Origin: Candidatus Hadarchaeota archaeon
GTDB lineage: Archaea > Hadarchaeota > Hadarchaeia > Hadarchaeales > JAWBSP01
Direction of reading: 5' to 3'
Assembly: GCA_964474885.1 (NCBI GenBank)
Contig: CAYYWO010000003.1
Span: forward strand, 1-64,000
Length of the DNA stretch: 64,000 nucleotides
Shown here piece after piece: positions 59,731 through 64,000 of the stretch. The notes under the pieces were generated by a model. It did not search any database. It was not told where the DNA came from and saw only the letters and a list, made by a program, of their open reading frames with translations. Both the position numbers and the translations under genes were made by a program. Each line of letters opens with the position of its first letter. Within the stretch, counting starts at the first letter, position 1.

Positions 59731-62190
59731 ATGTCAAAACGGATCCGTACTCAGAGGGCCTCCTTCCTCCTTGTAGTCTTTGCAGTCCTGGTTTACATAG
59801 CACTCTGTGCTATTTTCAATCCAGGGGTCCCAGCCACTTCATATCTTCTCCCCGCTTGTGTCTTGGTTCTGGCCACAATTATGTACCTCAATGTGAACAG
59901 AGTTTCCGAGTTTGTCAGAGAGCACCCCAAAGAGGTGGTCATCGCCATCTTAATCGTGACCGCGTGTTTAGCGACGGGTCTTCCCAAACTAACCTTCAAT
60001 GTCGAGCTCAGGTCATATTTGCCACCCAGCTATGAATCGGCTAGGACGACACTGGAGGTGGAAAACATGCTGGGAGGTGTGAGCAGTGAGGTGATCCTGC
60101 TTTACTCGGACAATCTCTTAGATCCAGCGTGCGTTGCGGCCGCCCATAACCTACGTGTCGCTCTGGAGAATGAGCTTGATGGTTATCTCGTTGCAAGACT
60201 GTTCTGGTACCTTGAGCCCATCGAGCGGGAACTTGGGGAGAACTTTCCGACAGGCCCTGAGCTGGAGAACAGACTCCGGCAGTTGCTTTCAGATCCAACC
60301 ATTTTGGGGGAAGTGGAGCCCCACATAAGGCGAGTTGAACCCGAGCTCGCTGAAAACTTTCGGATAGTCAGGGGAAAGGAGGGCAAGCAAGTAGCCAGGC
60401 TCGTGTACAGGGTGGCCAAAATGCCTAGCTGGGAGGAAATCTCTTACGCTAAGAAGCTGGAGCGGATCGTGAAATCCTGTGTGGAAGACTCCGGCTATGT
60501 ATTCGAGGCGACGGTGGGTGGTGACCACTCGACATCTAAAGACTTGATGAGGACGATCGAGGAGGAGCGGATTTATCTCTTCGGTACAGCAGGAATCCTG
60601 GTCTCACTATGTCTCTTCCTCACCTTCAGAAAACCTAGGGACATTCTCCTCGCACTGTTCACCATCGGTCTAGCCATCGCCTGGGTGGTTTGTCTGATGG
60701 GGTGGCTGGGGATAGAGTTCTCACCCGTGGTTGTGGGGGTCTTCCCACTCCTCATAGGCTTGGGGATAGATTATTCGGTCTACATGAACTACAGGTACTC
60801 TGAGGAAAGGTTGAAAGGGAGAGGCCCGGGTCTTGCCGCTGGCTTGGCAATAGCCACGGTGGGGACGGCCATTTATCTATCATGTATGACTACCATGTTT
60901 GGTTATGGATCTTGGTTGACTTCCCCTATGGAGCCCTTGTTTGACTTCGGCGCACTGAGCATGGCAGGCATAGGATTCGCTTACATGCTTTCCGTAACGT
61001 TCTTGCCCTCCTGCAGGATCCTCTTAGACCGGGGTGTTCGGAAGGGAGAACTGGTAGACAGGTTCTCCGCTAGGGCACTTGAGACGGGCCTCTCCAAACT
61101 GGCAGTGGTCGTCGAACGTCATGCCAAATGGTTCTTGGTTGGAGCGGTGATCGTTACTCTACTGGCGGCCTACAGTGCGATGCATACCAGAACGGCTCTC
61201 GAATGGGAGAAGATGACCCCTCAGGGTATGGAGAGCCTTGAAACCTCGGACTTGTATCTCAAGCTGTGGCCGGAATACAATCCCATGGGTGCCATTCTTG
61301 TTATGGTCAAGGGAGACATAGCTTCTCCGGAAACTCTACGATGCATGGATCAGATACAGACTTATGCTCCTCAAAGGTGCAGGTATGTAACGGATGCGTG
61401 GAGCATCGTGGACTTTGTCAAACAGAAGAACGGTGGGATACTCCCGAGCACTAGAGAAAGGGTAGTTGAGATATTGTCGGAGCTAAGTGAACCGACCTAC
61501 GCTTCCCTGATATCTCCCACCTACGACCGGACGATCATGTTTATTACGACATACACGACTACCGATCAGGAAGTACTTGCTGCCACAGAAAACGTGAGGT
61601 ACTTGGTGGAGAAGTACGGGCAAGTAGAGAACACGAAGTTCCTAGTCGGAGGACTGCCAGCCATCGGTGCAGATCTCTTGTCAGAATTGGTCCCCTCACA
61701 GCTGAGGACGACTCTTATAGCCCTAATCGGGTGCTTCCTCATCTTGTGGGCGGTGTTCCGGAACCCAAAGGAGGCCGGGATTTGTATGGTACCCGTCGTG
61801 CTCACGGTGGTCTGGGGACTGGGTATGTTCTGGCCTCTGGATATTCCCATAAATATCGTCACGGTTCTGGTTTCTGCAATCCTGATTGGTATTGGTATAG
61901 ATTACGCGATCCATGTGCGCCACAGGTACGTGGAAGAGCTGAGCAAGGGGAGGAGTATAAAGCACGCCATCAGGGAGACCATGGTCAGGATAGGGGGAGC
62001 AGTCTTCGGTGCCGCGACGACCTCTCTGTCCGCTATGGGCACCCTGATGGCCTCTAGGATGCCCGCGATTGCTGTTTTCGGGAAAATGATCGCCTTGGAG
62101 TTTGTAGCTTGTCTATGCGCGGTTTTCTTCGTGCTTCCGGCTTTGTTGGTCTGGCTGACCAAGAGAGGGAGCATACGTGTAACCACTTGA
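59731..62190 (+). CDS. RND/MMPL-family (HAE3-like) transporter
   Basis: Two repeats with GLGIDYSV and GIGIDYAIH, large external loops. Confidence 0.92.
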   Translation: MSKRIRTQRASFLLVVFAVLVYIALCAIFNPGVPATSYLLPACVLVLATIMYLNVNRVSEFVREHPKEVVIAILIVTACLATGLPKLTFNVELRSYLPPSYESARTTLEVENMLGGVSSEVILLYSDNLLDPACVAAAHNLRVALENELDGYLVARLFWYLEPIERELGENFPTGPELENRLRQLLSDPTILGEVEPHIRRVEPELAENFRIVRGKEGKQVARLVYRVAKMPSWEEISYAKKLERIVKSCVEDSGYVFEATVGGDHSTSKDLMRTIEEERIYLFGTAGILVSLCLFLTFRKPRDILLALFTIGLAIAWVVCLMGWLGIEFSPVVVGVFPLLIGLGIDYSVYMNYRYSEERLKGRGPGLAAGLAIATVGTAIYLSCMTTMFGYGSWLTSPMEPLFDFGALSMAGIGFAYMLSVTFLPSCRILLDRGVRKGELVDRFSARALETGLSKLAVVVERHAKWFLVGAVIVTLLAAYSAMHTRTALEWEKMTPQGMESLETSDLYLKLWPEYNPMGAILVMVKGDIASPETLRCMDQIQTYAPQRCRYVTDAWSIVDFVKQKNGGILPSTRERVVEILSELSEPTYASLISPTYDRTIMFITTYTTTDQEVLAATENVRYLVEKYGQVENTKFLVGGLPAIGADLLSELVPSQLRTTLIALIGCFLILWAVFRNPKEAGICMVPVVLTVVWGLGMFWPLDIPINIVTVLVSAILIGIGIDYAIHVRHRYVEELSKGRSIKHAIRETMVRIGGAVFGAATTSLSAMGTLMASRMPAIAVFGKMIALEFVACLCAVFFVLPALLVWLTKRGSIRVTT

Positions 62191-62615
62191 AACACATTTA
62201 CACACTCGGTTATGGGGGGAGGAAATGGGAGGAGTTCCTATCGCTGGTTCGCGAGCATGGAGTGAAGATGGTGATCGATGTTCGCGCCTTTCCTAAGTCG
62301 AAATACCCCGAATACTCCGCCCAGTCGATGGAAGAGAACCTGAGGAGAGCGGGCATCGGCTACGCTAGGATCCCTGAGCTTGGGGGCTATAGGAGAGGGG
62401 GTTACCAAGCCTACACTAGGACGGAGGAGTTCAAAAAGGGGGTGAAGATGCTGGAGGAGCTGGCAGGAAAGCAAACCTCGGTTGTGGTCTGTCTGGAGAG
62501 GGACCCCAAGGGTTGCCATCGCAGATTTATCGCAGATGAGCTCGCGCGCAGGGGATGGAAGATCCTGCACATCCTGAAGAAGGGGGAAGTAATTGAGCAT
62601 GCCGCTCTCCGCTGA
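62187..62615 (+). CDS. DUF488 family protein
   Basis: IYTLGY, IDVRAFP.S, LGG.R, CLE.DP..CHR. Confidence 0.88.
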   Translation: MKHIYTLGYGGRKWEEFLSLVREHGVKMVIDVRAFPKSKYPEYSAQSMEENLRRAGIGYARIPELGGYRRGGYQAYTRTEEFKKGVKMLEELAGKQTSVVVCLERDPKGCHRRFIADELARRGWKILHILKKGEVIEHAALR

Positions 62616-63723
62616 AGAAATGCGTAGGCTGGATGAGGCAGCTGAGCGGGTAGGGATACCGCGAGTGTTACTGATGGAGAACGCAGGGGCCGCGGTGGCG
62701 AGGAGGGTGATCCAGCGGTTCGGGGCGAGGAAAGTTCTAGTCCTGGCGGGAACGGGAAACAATGGGGGAGATGGCATGGTGGCGGCGCGGCACCTGTCAA
62801 ATCTCGGGTGTGAAGTCAGCGTTGTCTTGGTGGGCGAGCCTTCCGCCATAAGGACGCAAGAGGCTAGGTTGAACTGGGAGATCCTGTCGAGGCTTGAGAG
62901 AGTGAGGACCTCCGTCTTCAAGAACTTGGATGAAATCACTCGTGCAATAGATCAGTCCGAGCTGATCTTGGATGCCATGCTGGGGACGGGTGTTAGAGGG
63001 GAGCTCAGAGAGCCATTCCTGTCGATCGTGAGGAAGGTGAACTCGTCCGGAAAACCAGTGGTAGCTGTGGACAGCCCAACTGGCTTGGATCCCACGTCGG
63101 GCCAGGTCTGCGGTGAGGCCATCAGGGCAACGATGACCATCACCTTCCATTCGCCGAAGTCAGGACTGCCGCTGGTTAAGGATTACACGGGGGAGCTCTT
63201 GGTAGAGGACATCGGGATCCCTCATGAGCTCGAAAGAAGGGAAATAGGGAGGGAAGTTGAGCATACCAAGCCTGAGGCACCCGTTCTCGTATCGGCCTGC
63301 CTTCTAGGGGTGAACTGCAGGTACGACGGGGGGAACTGTTACGAGGAGAAAGTTCTGAGGCATGTGCGGGGCAGACTTGTCATCCCAGTTTGCCCGGAGC
63401 AGCTTGGTGGGCTCCCCACTCCTAGGAGGCCTAACAGGCTCTTGGGCCCCGGATCAGAGGTCCTAGCGGGGAGGGCCAGAGTTGTGAACGACTTGGGGAA
63501 GGATGTCACGGAGAACTTCGTTCGGGGGGCTCAGGAGGTCCTCTCTATAGCCAAGCTCTTCAATGTCAGGGAGGCGATCCTGAAGTCGGGAAGCCCCTCC
63601 TGTGGGGTCGGGAGGGTGAAGCTCCCCGATGGAAGCTGGCTACGGGGAGATGGTGTGGCGGCTGCATGCTTGAAAAAGGAGGGCTTGAGGCTCATCACCG
63701 AGCATGAGATTTCTGGCTTCTGA
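62599..63723 (+). CDS. nnrE: NAD(P)H-hydrate epimerase (YjeF_N) fused to a DUF523 (2-thiouracil desulfurase-like) domain
   Basis: LMENAG, GNNGGDG, DAMLGTG, DSPTG, then VSACLLG..CRYDG, VCPEQLGGL, SPSCG. Confidence 0.88.
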   Translation: MPLSAEEMRRLDEAAERVGIPRVLLMENAGAAVARRVIQRFGARKVLVLAGTGNNGGDGMVAARHLSNLGCEVSVVLVGEPSAIRTQEARLNWEILSRLERVRTSVFKNLDEITRAIDQSELILDAMLGTGVRGELREPFLSIVRKVNSSGKPVVAVDSPTGLDPTSGQVCGEAIRATMTITFHSPKSGLPLVKDYTGELLVEDIGIPHELERREIGREVEHTKPEAPVLVSACLLGVNCRYDGGNCYEEKVLRHVRGRLVIPVCPEQLGGLPTPRRPNRLLGPGSEVLAGRARVVNDLGKDVTENFVRGAQEVLSIAKLFNVREAILKSGSPSCGVGRVKLPDGSWLRGDGVAAACLKKEGLRLITEHEISGF

Positions 63724-64000
63724 GCTGAAGCAGATCCTCTGCTCTATTTTGATTCTAGCCATTGCGGTCTCGGGCCTCAGCCTGCACCGCTTGACAGTCT
63801 TTTCCCTTCCTCTTGTGTTGGGCTTCTTCCTGCACGAGATGTCCCACAAGTGGATGGCCCGCAGGTACGGTTTCTTCTCGGTTTACTCATGGTGGCCTCC
63901 CGGCTTGCTATTTGCTTTGTTCTTGGGTCTGGCCTCTGGGGGAGAGGTGATTTTCGCAGCGCCCGGAGCAGTGGTCATCCTGAGCAGCTTCTTTTCCAAG
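63704..64000 (+). CDS. Site-2 (M50) membrane zinc protease, N-terminal part
   Basis: GFFLHEMSHK (HExxH) in TM context, FAAPGAV; runs off the window. Confidence 0.8.
   Translation, partial: MRFLASELKQILCSILILAIAVSGLSLHRLTVFSLPLVLGFFLHEMSHKWMARRYGFFSVYSWWPPGLLFALFLGLASGGEVIFAAPGAVVILSSFFSK

Overview
Archaeal chromosome segment, GC-rich and probably from a thermophilic euryarchaeal-type lineage (Hadarchaeota-like is my inference only). Core content: a rearranged A1Ao ATP synthase locus, a split Rnf complex (rnfCD, rnfGEAB) with a transporter-ApbE fusion between its halves, a pyrimidine cluster, tyrS, trpS, endA, fni, cdc6, ppdK, two tRNAs, and a surface-protein/RND cluster. The most striking unexplained structure is ten copies of a 24-bp palindrome (TGTCTGTTAC-YATR-GTAACAGACA), found only at 20.6-38.5 kb and independent of promoter context (one copy is in frame inside a gene). 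One copy lies between an inverted pair of ORB-like boxes (32369-32486) and directly before the start codon of an uncharacterised Cas2/PaaX-like gene. Together these suggest an origin-associated, centromere-like (parS-analogous) system. The surrounding 31.5-kb segment is bracketed by a 446-bp inverted duplication of a decayed TnpB element. All calls come from reading motifs by eye; no searches were run.
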